64,000 nucleotides of DNA from an uncultured Nitrososphaerota archaeon (GTDB lineage: Archaea; Thermoproteota; Nitrososphaeria; Nitrososphaerales; Nitrosopumilaceae): contig OY969559.1 in the NCBI GenBank assembly GCA_963701075.1, forward strand, positions 1,408,001 through 1,472,000, written 5' to 3'. Position 1 is the first letter of the stretch; each line of letters begins with the position of its first letter. The position numbers and the translations under genes are program-made. Shown piece after piece: positions 52,101 through 61,532 of this stretch. The notes beneath the pieces were generated by a model that saw nothing but the letters and a program-made list of their open reading frames with translations, did no database searches and was not told where the DNA came from.

Positions 52101-53270
52101 TCATTGGTCAAATCTATCTGCCCAGTGTTTTCTCTCTTCGTATTGAGTAGGACCAGTTGGACCTACAACTTCGTTTGCTCTTGCTAGTTCTTGTTTTGTT
52201 ACCCTACTGCTCCACCAGAAAACTCCTATTGCTACAACTACACCAAATGCCGCCATTGAATATATCACTTGGACTGGATAATCACCAGTTGACGAGATAC
52301 CGCTGCCTTGAGGTGCCTGCGGGCTTGAACCAAAATATTCTATTTCATTGATATCTGTCACAGCTACGTAACCATCAATCTGAATACTGGCCAAGCTTGC
52401 TCTTTCTGTGTAGCTGACTGGATAATCCACATCCAATTTCAAATCAGCATTCTTAACAGTTGGAAGCATCCGCCCTTCACTAATGTTGCTCTCGCCAGTA
52501 CTATATGTGGAGATAACTATTTTTTGTCCCTTATATCCAAGAATATTGGTATCGACCAGCGTATAGGCTGGGTCAAACAGGTGTTGCCACTGAGATATGG
52601 GATCAAGCAGAAGATCATTTGATGCCATCAATGGATCGTCAAATAGATTCTCTGCCGCAGTACCCTGCAACTTGTTGTAAAGATCTGGAGATTGCATTTT
52701 TATAAAATCGATTGGCGAGTTAAGGTCAAACTGGCCATAGTTTTGGATGTTTACTAGCATGGTGCCATTTATCGTAAGCCCCATCCACTGGACATCAAGT
52801 ATTGCTGCACTGTCACTTGTGGCCTTTCTTAACACATAATTTGATACAGTTGGAATAAATGTTATCTTATAATCTACATGAGTTTCTGAATTGCTAGAAT
52901 ATAGCATTGCCTCATATGTAATATCAACATCTGTGATGTTTGCAGCACTACCCAGCCCTTGAGATATTTTTTGGTTAAGACTGTTTATCAGTACTTTCTT
53001 CATTGGATCAGATGGGTCAACATGGTAAGTCATGGTAACATTTTTTCCGATAAGAAGATTCTCCAGATTTCCCCCGTTTGGATAATCAATCACATATGAC
53101 CTTTGAAATTGAAATGATGGTTGTGCACTAGTTGATGTAGTGCTAAGCACTGCATTCAGCTCTACTGCATTTGCAGGTACAACAAGTCCTGCAAGAACAA
53201 TCGCTGCAAGTATTAGAGAATAAGATAGATGTTTTCCCGCACCACTTTTGTTTTTGATTTTTGTGTTCAT
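52101..53270 (-). CDS. secreted, C-terminally membrane-anchored protein under a fluoride riboswitch
   Basis: Signal peptide (..PANA-VE), C-terminal TM and tail; ATG 53270 lies directly after the riboswitch expression platform. Confidence 0.8.
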   Translation of the reverse strand: MNTKIKNKSGAGKHLSYSLILAAIVLAGLVVPANAVELNAVLSTTSTSAQPSFQFQRSYVIDYPNGGNLENLLIGKNVTMTYHVDPSDPMKKVLINSLNQKISQGLGSAANITDVDITYEAMLYSSNSETHVDYKITFIPTVSNYVLRKATSDSAAILDVQWMGLTINGTMLVNIQNYGQFDLNSPIDFIKMQSPDLYNKLQGTAAENLFDDPLMASNDLLLDPISQWQHLFDPAYTLVDTNILGYKGQKIVISTYSTGESNISEGRMLPTVKNADLKLDVDYPVSYTERASLASIQIDGYVAVTDINEIEYFGSSPQAPQGSGISSTGDYPVQVIYSMAAFGVVVAIGVFWWSSRVTKQELARANEVVGPTGPTQYEERKHWADRFDQ

Positions 53271-53295
53271 TTGTCTACCTATCAATTTCCATTAG

Positions 53296-53359
53296 GTAGA
53301 CATTATCAGCATCATTTGATGCGGTTTAGAATTTTTATTTCAAGGCTAATGTCATAGCC
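53296..53359 (-). ncRNA. fluoride riboswitch (crcB motif), copy 1
   Basis: GGCUAUGACAUUAGCC..AAACCGC..GCUGAUAAUGUCUAC: P1 GGCUA/UAGCC, pseudoknot GACAU/AUGUC; crcB ~1.3 kb downstream. Confidence 0.85.
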
Positions 53360-53446
53360 TATCATGCTGTATTACATGGTGCTTTTAAGGCTTTTTATGA
53401 GTTGAATATGGTCATTTAATTTGAAACGTGAAAAGTTCTTTTTCAT

Positions 53447-53935
53447 TCATGCCGGTTTTGTTTTGTCCTTGGTGTAAAAGTCAAGGAAGGATTCAAAGTC
53501 TATTGGCTCGTCTAAAATTTCTGATATTTTTGCTACTTTATTTGCTACAGAAACACATTGTTGTCTGAAATCATCTTCGTTAAATTCTATTACAGTTAGT
53601 TTTGTCTTGATGTCTTGAATCTCATCTTTTAATTTAGCATTAACAACTAGTATCACTCTCAATCCTTTTCCTTGTGCATAGCCTATCTCTTGATTAAGCA
53701 GACTTGAATTGAGAAGATTCGAAGTTAGAATCGCAATAAAACAAATGGATGAACGAATCATATCTTTGAGTTCAGTTGAAATGAAATTGCCGTGAGAGTC
53801 TCCACCTGCCATGAAAGCCCCAAATCCTTTTTCTTCAAGTATCGATTCTAAGGTAGATGCTTTTTTATGATCTTCTTTGTCATAGCACACAAACACCTTA
53901 AATTTTCCACGGGTCTTCTTGTCTTCTGGTGTCAT
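53447..53935 (-). CDS. standalone TIR-domain protein
   Basis: KVFVCY..D..A..L...L...G, IRSSICFIAILT.N.LNS..LNQEIGYA with the conserved Glu. Confidence 0.8.
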   Translation of the reverse strand: MTPEDKKTRGKFKVFVCYDKEDHKKASTLESILEEKGFGAFMAGGDSHGNFISTELKDMIRSSICFIAILTSNLLNSSLLNQEIGYAQGKGLRVILVVNAKLKDEIQDIKTKLTVIEFNEDDFRQQCVSVANKVAKISEILDEPIDFESFLDFYTKDKTKPA

Positions 53936-54054
53936 TTTACCTCAATTTTTCCTGATCTATCATCGTTGATTATAATGTTTAATCGGCATGAAAGTTTCTT
54001 CCAGTTAAGACTAACTCTTCTACGTGTAATTTTGGCATCTAGTTTGTATTTCAT
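53932..54054 (-). CDS. 40-aa basic uORF between riboswitch 2 and the TIR gene (not in ORF track)
   Basis: MKYKLDAKITRRRVSLNWKKLSCRLNIIINDDRSGKIEVK*; ATG at the same position relative to the riboswitch as in copy 1; TGA overlaps the TIR ATG (ATGA). Confidence 0.6.
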   Translation of the reverse strand: MKYKLDAKITRRRVSLNWKKLSCRLNIIINDDRSGKIEVK

Positions 54055-54080
54055 TTGTCTACCCATCTAATTTCCATGTG

Positions 54081-54144
54081 GTAGACATTATCAGAGCCCA
54101 TAGGACACGGTTTTGGTTTTTACACCAAGGCTAATGTCATAGCC
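54081..54144 (-). ncRNA. fluoride riboswitch (crcB motif), copy 2
   Basis: GGCUAUGACAUUAGCC..AAACCG..CUGAUAAUGUCUAC; TTATAAAT box ~27 nt upstream. Confidence 0.8.
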
Positions 54145-54229
54145 GCGTATTCTGTAACCTTCTAGATCACATTTATAATTTTTGGTCAATGTGCGGTTTG
54201 TTTCATGTTTATACAATAATAGAAAAAAG

Positions 54230-54769
54230 TCAGCTTCTAAGATACCGTCCCATCAGTTCAGTTTGGTCTATTACGTGTCCATTCATAGCTTGTTCCAAAT
54301 CACTTCTTGTTGCATTCTGATCAAGATTAAGAGTAGCGTCCAAGGCATAAAGGGTAAAGAAGTATCTATGTGTTCCAGAGTGAGGACATGGCCCTTTGTA
54401 GCCATGCGTTCCAGCACTTGTAACTCCTTGAGGAAACATTACGTCTTCGCCTGCATAGAACGTGGTGTTATTGATTGGAATATTCCACATTGTCCAATGC
54501 GTAAATGGTCCTTTTGGCGCATCAACATCAACAACAGTGAGTGCAAGACTTTTTGCAGTTTGTGGAACACCAGATATCGCAAGGGGAGGTGAGATGCTAT
54601 TACCATCACATGTATATTGTGACGGAATAGTTCCATTATTTTCAAATGCCGAACTGGATAACACAAAAGTTTGATCATGTCCTATTTGAATTACATTTTC
54701 CTGTACAAGTAAGAAAGATATTGTAAAAATTGCGGCAGCAATAGGTATTACATAAATCAAAGATCGCAT
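54230..54769 (-). CDS. YbhB/YbcL-family (PEBP) protein
   Basis: YTCDG..SPPL, DVDAP..FTHW, GPCP..GTHRYFF.LYALD. Confidence 0.92.
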   Translation of the reverse strand: MRSLIYVIPIAAAIFTISFLLVQENVIQIGHDQTFVLSSSAFENNGTIPSQYTCDGNSISPPLAISGVPQTAKSLALTVVDVDAPKGPFTHWTMWNIPINNTTFYAGEDVMFPQGVTSAGTHGYKGPCPHSGTHRYFFTLYALDATLNLDQNATRSDLEQAMNGHVIDQTELMGRYLRS

Positions 54770-54879
54770 GTGAAAACTAGGCTGTGCTTTTAAATAAATT
54801 AATTCAAGGCCGGGAATGCCTCTAAAAGACAGGTAAGAAAATTACAAGATTTTAATAGATTTGAGAATGAACTAGAGCT

Positions 54880-55956
54880 GTGGTCGTAGACGTAATTAGG
54901 ACAATCAATAGAGTTGGCAAGTGGTCTTTGAATAGAGCAGTTGGAAAAAGGAGACCTCTGATTGCAGTTTTTAGCCTCACCCATTATTGTAATTATTACT
55001 GCCCCATGTGTCCATTTGGAGATCCAGACAAGCAAGGACAGATAAAGTTTGCAAGTAAAAATGACTTGACAACTGATCAATGGAAGCAGATTTTTGATAA
55101 AGTTGCAGAGTATTGCATTTGGTCCATAATAGAGGGCGGAGAACCTACAAGCAGACCTGATTTCATGGAGCTTGTGCGCCACGTGTACAGCCTCAAATTA
55201 CCTATCACGTTGATTACAAACTGTTCATTGTTACATACAATTGATCTTGATGAACTAAAAAACTACGTTCAGTTCATTACATGTAGTATAGATTCGGTAT
55301 TTGAAGAATCTTATTGCAAAGTTCGCGGAGTTACTCCTCAGATGTATCAACGCGTAATGCAAAACCTACAATTGTTGACAGAACACAAGGTACCACATTA
55401 CTTCAATTCGGTCATAACCAAGTTTAACACAAAAGAATTCATCGACAAATCATATTTTAAAAGGGCAAAAGAGCTTGGCGTAAGTTCAGTTTCTCTGACC
55501 TTTGTAGAAGACAGATCAGATGTAGATTATTCTCTGCTTCCTGACAGGGAGACCATTGTGAAAGTTTGCCAGAGTGTACTTGAACACATTCACAGTAAAG
55601 AAGATCCTCAAATCATGATCCCACCGCAATACTTTGAACAGATAATCGAACACGGTCGTGGCATGTATGATGAGTGCGGGGTGTGGAAGAGCATCTTTGT
55701 GAATGGAAATGGCACAGTCATGGTACCATGCTGGAAATATAGCAAACCAGAGAACACGTACAACCTTCTTGAAAAGAGCGTGGACGAAATCTGGAGTGCG
55801 CCACAGTGGGAGATTGCAAAGACATGCCATGACTGTGAAGTGTTGGGATGTATATGGTATTCTTCACAGCCGGTAACAACTTTTGCCCAAAACTATATGC
55901 GAGGGCTATCCAAGATGATTAACCAGCGTGTTCCTGAAACAGCACAGCAAATCTAA
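54880..55956 (+). CDS. radical SAM protein with SPASM/twitch domain
   Basis: CNYYCPMC, GGEPT, C-terminal C..GTV..PC..CHDC..GC. Confidence 0.9.
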   Translation: MVVDVIRTINRVGKWSLNRAVGKRRPLIAVFSLTHYCNYYCPMCPFGDPDKQGQIKFASKNDLTTDQWKQIFDKVAEYCIWSIIEGGEPTSRPDFMELVRHVYSLKLPITLITNCSLLHTIDLDELKNYVQFITCSIDSVFEESYCKVRGVTPQMYQRVMQNLQLLTEHKVPHYFNSVITKFNTKEFIDKSYFKRAKELGVSSVSLTFVEDRSDVDYSLLPDRETIVKVCQSVLEHIHSKEDPQIMIPPQYFEQIIEHGRGMYDECGVWKSIFVNGNGTVMVPCWKYSKPENTYNLLEKSVDEIWSAPQWEIAKTCHDCEVLGCIWYSSQPVTTFAQNYMRGLSKMINQRVPETAQQI

Positions 55957-56828
55957 TTGTTTTTTTGTGCAACAATCAGATCTACTTTGTAATTCAAACT
56001 TAGCCTAGAATTCATGTTTAATTTCCATGGAATAAAGCTTGGATTGATTGTTCTTTGAATTAATTTAAATCCAGTATTCTTCAAGTATGATCTTAATTCT
56101 TCTGGACTTGTTTTTGATTTTACAGAGTTTTTCCCTCGCTCAAAGTCATATGGGTCTGACAACACAAGAAATCTCTTGGATTGGTGTGAAACAATCTGCA
56201 AAAGTTCGGATGGTTCTACAATATCAAGCAAGTTTAAGGCAATTACCAAATCAAATTTTTTATCCCCAAAAGGAGTGTTTAGTGAGTCAGCTACCATAAA
56301 ATCGGAATTTTTTCTTTGGCGCCTTTTTGCTTCCAGAATCGCATAAAATGATTTATCTATTCCAAATACACGAGAGTTTTGTTTTGCAGATTCTCTTGCC
56401 ACAGAACCTATTGAACATCCATGTTCCAGTACAAGGTCGCATCTAGGTAATTTTTGAATCGAGTTTTTGACATGCGCGTAGAATTTTGAGCCCATGCTAC
56501 GTTTGTAAATCCCGGTCCAGTTTCTTTCCAAGTCCGAAGTATCTTCAGATGCACGGTTTATCTTTCTCAAGGCGTTCTTTACAAATGACTTCATTTTTGG
56601 AGATTTGGCCATTAACATCAACTGACCCCCTAGTATCATCCTAATTGAGAGGTACGACGAAAAGTGGTCTATCATGAAAGGTACAGAAGATATAACAGGA
56701 TAATTATGACCGCATTTTACACAATTGAGAAATCCTTCTTGGATTTCTTCACTAGATACCAATGATTCAATTGATAGATCTGACTTGCATATTATGCAGC
56801 GCAAATATTCCACGGTAAAGTCAAGCAA
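55953..56828 (-). CDS. Trm112-like Zn-ribbon plus class I SAM methyltransferase
   Basis: CIIC..CVKC N-terminus; VLEHGCSIG, GIDKS, FDLVIA. Confidence 0.85.
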   Translation of the reverse strand: MLDFTVEYLRCIICKSDLSIESLVSSEEIQEGFLNCVKCGHNYPVISSVPFMIDHFSSYLSIRMILGGQLMLMAKSPKMKSFVKNALRKINRASEDTSDLERNWTGIYKRSMGSKFYAHVKNSIQKLPRCDLVLEHGCSIGSVARESAKQNSRVFGIDKSFYAILEAKRRQRKNSDFMVADSLNTPFGDKKFDLVIALNLLDIVEPSELLQIVSHQSKRFLVLSDPYDFERGKNSVKSKTSPEELRSYLKNTGFKLIQRTINPSFIPWKLNMNSRLSLNYKVDLIVAQKNN

Positions 56829-56870
56829 TGAAACTTTAGAATATGTTACAGATTAAATCTATACCGTTAT

Positions 56871-57672
56871 TTACTCTCGAATTTTGCTTTCTTGAAACGA
56901 GTCAGAGTTATACCAGCAGTATCTAAAATAGTCTAGACACCATTCGTGGAACAGAGGATCTTTACTATAAAACATCTCACGTATGTCTGTGATACCATCC
57001 ATGGTAGGAAAACCAACACATGCCTCTTTCTCATTTAATACCACGACCACATCTGTGCTTGCACTCATTTTTCGCTCAACCAAGCCTTTATCAATTAAAT
57101 CTTTCATGCCTAATTTTTTGAGCAAATCTTGTCTGCCTTTAGGAACTATAACAGATTCTGAAAAAATGTAATTTAGTTTAACCCCCTTTCTTACTTTCAG
57201 CTAAAAGGGGTTCTATAAGATCAAGTGGCACTTCAGTGAAAATTTCATAAACAAATTCATCCGCATTTTTGTAAATTGACTTCCATTGCTCTAGAACCTT
57301 GACAAATCCTTTTACCTGTTGCCCTCCCGCAAGTGCGCCTATTCTTTGTATAAATTTCATTGAAACATTTCCAAAATTGTGATTCTCAAAATATTTTCTA
57401 TTCTTAGAAAGAAACAACAATGATGGGACTTGGGTGCACATTGTTTTGCCATATGTAGTAAGATCGTACAAGCCGTCACGGTCCTTTACAATCAGCCCTG
57501 CATCTGCAAGTCGCTCAAAGTTCCTATGAACCTCCTGAACCGTGGCGTGCAATTCTTTAGCCATGTTTGAGATCTTGGATTTTTTCTCTAAAAGTTTGAA
57601 TATTATGTTCAGACGTTGTTCGCTCGCAAGTTCAAGAAAGTCATGTGCTGCATTCTCATAGATATCAGTCAC
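56871..57672 (-). CDS. ArsR-type winged-helix transcriptional regulator with C-terminal sensor domain; +1 frameshift at ~57198
   Basis: LASEQRLNI..ATVQEVHRNFERL..LT.YG; C-terminal DPLFHEWCLDYF in the second ORF. Confidence 0.82.
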
Positions 57673-57859
57673 TGGTAGAACTGTGCCAAGTTATTTATGT
57701 AAATCTTTGCTCTTTTTATCATGGATTCTTTTCAAGTCAACAAATGTAAGATCGCATGTATCAAGTTTTTATTTTAAAATACTAAAAGAAGACATGTACA
57801 AAAAGGCTAGGTAACTTAGTTAAGTAACCCATTAAATCAAAGATGAGAAATTAAGAATA

Positions 57860-58150
57860 ATGCTAGAGGTGGGAGATATTAATGAGGAGATGCAAGATCT
57901 CTTGTCAGATAAATCTAATAGAATGATATTGAAATCGATTATGACAATCCCAAAATCTACAACACGGCTTTGTATAGAATGCAACATACCTACAAGCACT
58001 GCTTATAGAAAGATGCAAAAATTACTTGACTATAAAGTAATACGCAGAATTGGAACCATAAATGAGGCAGGTAAAAGAGAGATACTCTACAAAAGTAATT
58101 TTTCTGTTTTGAAGAAAACACCAGAATGGGAAGAATTGTTGTTAAACTAA
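57860..58150 (+). CDS. small winged-helix HTH protein
   Basis: LSDKSNRMIL..PKS..IPTSTAYRKMQKL. Confidence 0.8.
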   Translation: MLEVGDINEEMQDLLSDKSNRMILKSIMTIPKSTTRLCIECNIPTSTAYRKMQKLLDYKVIRRIGTINEAGKREILYKSNFSVLKKTPEWEELLLN

Positions 58151-58176
58151 AATAAAGTGTCATTTTTGTATATGAT

Positions 58177-58545
58177 ATGATTACTGTCAATTGTAGAGAT
58201 ATCCTTCCCATAAAATCAACATTGGCAGTCTATACTTCTGACCAGGTAGGAGCAGTTCCGGCCTTAAAATCACGCGAGTTTGTTCTTGCTCCTATAGAAG
58301 ACGAGGAGATCAACGCCGCAAATGTAATCACAGCAATCAAAATGTTCCTTGCATCTTTGGGATGTGAAAAACACTTTGCGGTAATACAGAAAAATGATGT
58401 CATTTCAGTAGTTGCACTTGATGGATATAAGATAGAGGCGCCGCCACAAGGTATCTCAGACCAGTTTTTTTCGTGCGTTCATTGCGGCCATGTTACCCAA
58501 TTTGAGACAGTGCACAGAAATCACATGAAGATCCATTACCTATAG
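58177..58545 (+). CDS. hypothetical protein with C-terminal C2H2 finger
   Basis: CVHCG...HMKIH. Confidence 0.75.
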   Translation: MITVNCRDILPIKSTLAVYTSDQVGAVPALKSREFVLAPIEDEEINAANVITAIKMFLASLGCEKHFAVIQKNDVISVVALDGYKIEAPPQGISDQFFSCVHCGHVTQFETVHRNHMKIHYL

Positions 58546-58641
58546 GATGTGTCTTGATCAGAGATTTTCTTGTTCAATAACCAAAAATCCCATAATTAGA
58601 CCAAAAAATTGCTTTCACGTACAAGAAATGATGCATGAATT

Positions 58642-58926
58642 TTAATTGGCAACTACTTCGTAGAATATTGGCCGAGGGGCAGTTTCCATGTATGAATGAC
58701 CCTTTGCTTGAATTCTAGAATGTTCTTGTGTTTGATGCATTTTTTCAAACTTTTCTTGACTCTCAAACTCTATCAATATGGTGTGTTTACCAGTACGAGT
58801 TGCTAGCAATCTTCTGTTAATGAACCCATCAAACTTGGCAAGATCCTTGTTAGATTCATTTATCCATTTTTTGAATTCTTCGTCCATTCCATTTTTGAGT
58901 TGAATCTCAGCTACAACTACGAACAT
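58642..58926 (-). CDS. antibiotic biosynthesis monooxygenase (ABM)-family protein
   Basis: Ferredoxin-like ABM pattern: F..W...DGF...FES.E.F..H..EH. Confidence 0.8.
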   Translation of the reverse strand: MFVVVAEIQLKNGMDEEFKKWINESNKDLAKFDGFINRRLLATRTGKHTILIEFESQEKFEKMHQTQEHSRIQAKGHSYMETAPRPIFYEVVAN

Positions 58927-59039
58927 AGAATTACTCGATGACTAAGGACTTAAGAGGATTTCTAATATTCCCACTCTTTGCAAATAAGGTCACAGTAGAC
59001 TCAATAATGCTAAATACGGGATTACTTTCGATCAGATGT

Positions 59040-59297
59040 ATGAATGAGAAACTGCTCATATTTGGAGGAATTGCGGCAGCAGTTGTAATTATGACCACGG
59101 CAGTTTTCCCATTTTGGAATCTCATTCCTACCATGGTAACTGAAGAAGTTACAGTAAAAGCAGTAGACCAAAGCGGTTGTTATGTTGAGACTCATGATCA
59201 TTTCGTCATAAAGATACCTCCATGCAATGCACAGCCTGGACAGAACATCACCGCGACGTTTGATGCAAAAGTAAGAGACCGTGAAAAGCAGATCTAA
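59040..59297 (+). CDS. small membrane-anchored hypothetical protein
   Basis: N-terminal TM helix from MNEKLL; two Cys. Confidence 0.65.
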   Translation: MNEKLLIFGGIAAAVVIMTTAVFPFWNLIPTMVTEEVTVKAVDQSGCYVETHDHFVIKIPPCNAQPGQNITATFDAKVRDREKQI

Positions 59298-59650
59298 AGC
59301 AATTTCAGACTTTGAGTAACCTTATCAATCGTGTCTTCGGGAGCGGGTCCTATAGAGATGCAAGTCACTGTTCCAGGTTCGATCTGGGTGTGGCCCGCAT
59401 CAGTTACCTCCGACCATGGCAGACCAAGAGTTATTACATGTTTTTTTACATTTTCCAATTCAGATAAACTTGAAACCTTGAGCACCACTTTTTCTTGACC
59501 AGATTCTTGCCATGCGTCATACCATTCCCTATGAGACTTTCTCACATGTTCTGCACCCAGAACACATGCATGTCCCACTTGGGCGGCAATCTTTCCAGTG
59601 CCCATTCCAAGATCCTTTCTTACCACTATTACTTGTTTAATGGTACCCAT
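59294..59650 (-). CDS. pth2: peptidyl-tRNA hydrolase 2
   Basis: KQVIVVRKDLGMGTGKIAAQVGHA, DAGHTQIEPG. Confidence 0.96.
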   Translation of the reverse strand: MGTIKQVIVVRKDLGMGTGKIAAQVGHACVLGAEHVRKSHREWYDAWQESGQEKVVLKVSSLSELENVKKHVITLGLPWSEVTDAGHTQIEPGTVTCISIGPAPEDTIDKVTQSLKLL

Positions 59651-59864
59651 ATCAATTTGGAATAATAATAGTACATGTTAAACTTTTGAACTGAAAGTAT
59701 TTTTGTCATGGACTATAACTGATGTGAGACACAAAATCTTCAAAAGTTGAAGAATGTAAGAATTCGTTCTGTTTTTTACAAACACGTAATTTTATTCCAA
59801 ACCAGAGGTAAGTATCTCCTTGACACGATGTTTGATATAAATAAATGATAAAAAGTAACAAGTC

Positions 59865-61001
59865 ATGGATTACGACGTAGTTGTTGCAGGTGGAAGTGTG
59901 GCGGGACTCTTGTGTGCAAGAGAAATTGCCGTACGAGGCCACAAAGTTCTGGTCATAGAAGAAGACTATGAGATTGGAACGCCAGAACACTGCGGGGGAC
60001 TTGTAAGCACATCAGCCATGGACGATCTTGGAATCATTCCAATGAGAGCTACACTTGATAACAAGGTGAGATCAGCCCGCATAGTAGCACCATCAGGAAA
60101 GAGCTTTACACTTGATGCAAGACCGCAACAAGTCATAGTACTTGATAGGAGAGAATTTGATAAGCAAATTGCGCACCAAGCCAAAGTCAATGGCGCCGAA
60201 ATACGAGTAAGATCATCACTTAGAGAAATAACCAAAGATGGTGTCAGGACAACTGATGGGGATATCAAGTGTAAGATCATAGTAGATGCAAGAGGAGTAT
60301 CCTCTTTAATTCACAAGGACCGTACGGGAACGCTACAATCTGCACAATATGAGGTATATGCAGACTGGATTGATAAGGAGCAAGTCGAAGTATATCTTGA
60401 TCAAGAGAAATACCCGGGATTCTTTGCATGGGTAATACCAACTAGGCGCGACGAGGCAAAAGTCGGAGTTGCCGGAAAGGGAATCAATCCTGCAGCAGTG
60501 CTAGAAGACTTTTTGAAGCAAAAAGGTAGCTATTCCACTGTAAGAAAGATATTTGCACCAATATGGGTAAAGGGCCCAATCAAGGAATTCGTAACAAGAA
60601 ACATAGTAACTGTAGGAGATGCGGCAGGACAAGCAAAACCCACGACGGCAGGTGGAATTTATTCTTCAGGACTTGGCGGAATATTAGCTGGAAATGCCAT
60701 ATCCAAATTTTTGGAATCGGGAAAAGAAAATGAGTTACAGAAATATCAGAAAGAGTGGTCAGATAAATTTGGAAAAGAGTTTGAACAGATGCTTCTTGCC
60801 AGATCTCTTCTTGAAAGACTTGACAACAAATCAATTAATGGTCTTTTTGAATCAATAACTCCTCAAGTGTTAGAGGATATTTCAAAAGAGGGAAGTTTTG
60901 ATTTCCACACAGTATCGGTTGCAAAACTTTTAGGAATAAAGGGTTCTGTAAAAGCTATTCAGGCAATTTTAGGAAACGAATTGAGACGATTATTGAGTTG
61001 A
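59865..61001 (+). CDS. geranylgeranyl-reductase-family FAD oxidoreductase
   Basis: DVVVAGGSVAG, PEHCGG, AWVIP, VGDAAGQAKPTTAGGI. Confidence 0.88.
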   Translation: MDYDVVVAGGSVAGLLCAREIAVRGHKVLVIEEDYEIGTPEHCGGLVSTSAMDDLGIIPMRATLDNKVRSARIVAPSGKSFTLDARPQQVIVLDRREFDKQIAHQAKVNGAEIRVRSSLREITKDGVRTTDGDIKCKIIVDARGVSSLIHKDRTGTLQSAQYEVYADWIDKEQVEVYLDQEKYPGFFAWVIPTRRDEAKVGVAGKGINPAAVLEDFLKQKGSYSTVRKIFAPIWVKGPIKEFVTRNIVTVGDAAGQAKPTTAGGIYSSGLGGILAGNAISKFLESGKENELQKYQKEWSDKFGKEFEQMLLARSLLERLDNKSINGLFESITPQVLEDISKEGSFDFHTVSVAKLLGIKGSVKAIQAILGNELRRLLS

Positions 61002-61056
61002 ATGTGCATCTATCCATAAGGAAGATATAAATTCGGTAGCAAGGCCAGCTTCTAAC

Positions 61057-61236
61057 ATGTCATCGTCTATTACTTTGCCAGTATGCAGTTCGTGCCATAG
61101 ACCAATAATGCCTAATGATAAATGTGTGAAATTCAACTGCCCCAACTGCGGCTCAGTACTGCTTTGGCGCTGTGAAAGTTGTAGAGAGGCAGCTAGAATA
61201 TACAAGTGCAAATCATGTGATTTCGAAGGACCATAA
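61057..61236 (+). CDS. HVO_2753/DUF1610-type zinc-finger protein (not in ORF track)
   Basis: MSSSITLPVCSSC..FNCPNCG..RCESCR..YKCKSCDFEGP*; conserved position before EF-1beta. Confidence 0.9.
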   Translation: MSSSITLPVCSSCHRPIMPNDKCVKFNCPNCGSVLLWRCESCREAARIYKCKSCDFEGP

Positions 61237-61237
61237 A

Positions 61238-61519
61238 ATGCCACGACTAGTATTACGAGCAAAGATTTTACCAACAGGTACTGAAATAGATCTCGACAAC
61301 GTTGCTAAAAAGATCAGCACAACTCTAAAGGACGGCATAACACTCTCAAAATATGTAAAAGAGCCACTTGCTTTTGGTCTCTACTTTATTAATGCCGAAT
61401 TCTTCTTAGATGACAAGGAAGGACAAATGGACTCACTTGAAAACAGTGTACGTTCAATTGAAGGCGTAGGAGAGTTCGAGGTACTAGGAGTAAGTCGAGC
61501 TTCCGTAGACGCCAAGTGA
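61238..61519 (+). CDS. ef1b: translation elongation factor 1-beta
   Basis: KILP, EPLAFGL, IEGVGE. Confidence 0.92.
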   Translation: MPRLVLRAKILPTGTEIDLDNVAKKISTTLKDGITLSKYVKEPLAFGLYFINAEFFLDDKEGQMDSLENSVRSIEGVGEFEVLGVSRASVDAK

Positions 61520-61532
61520 TGGAGGTGTCTTT

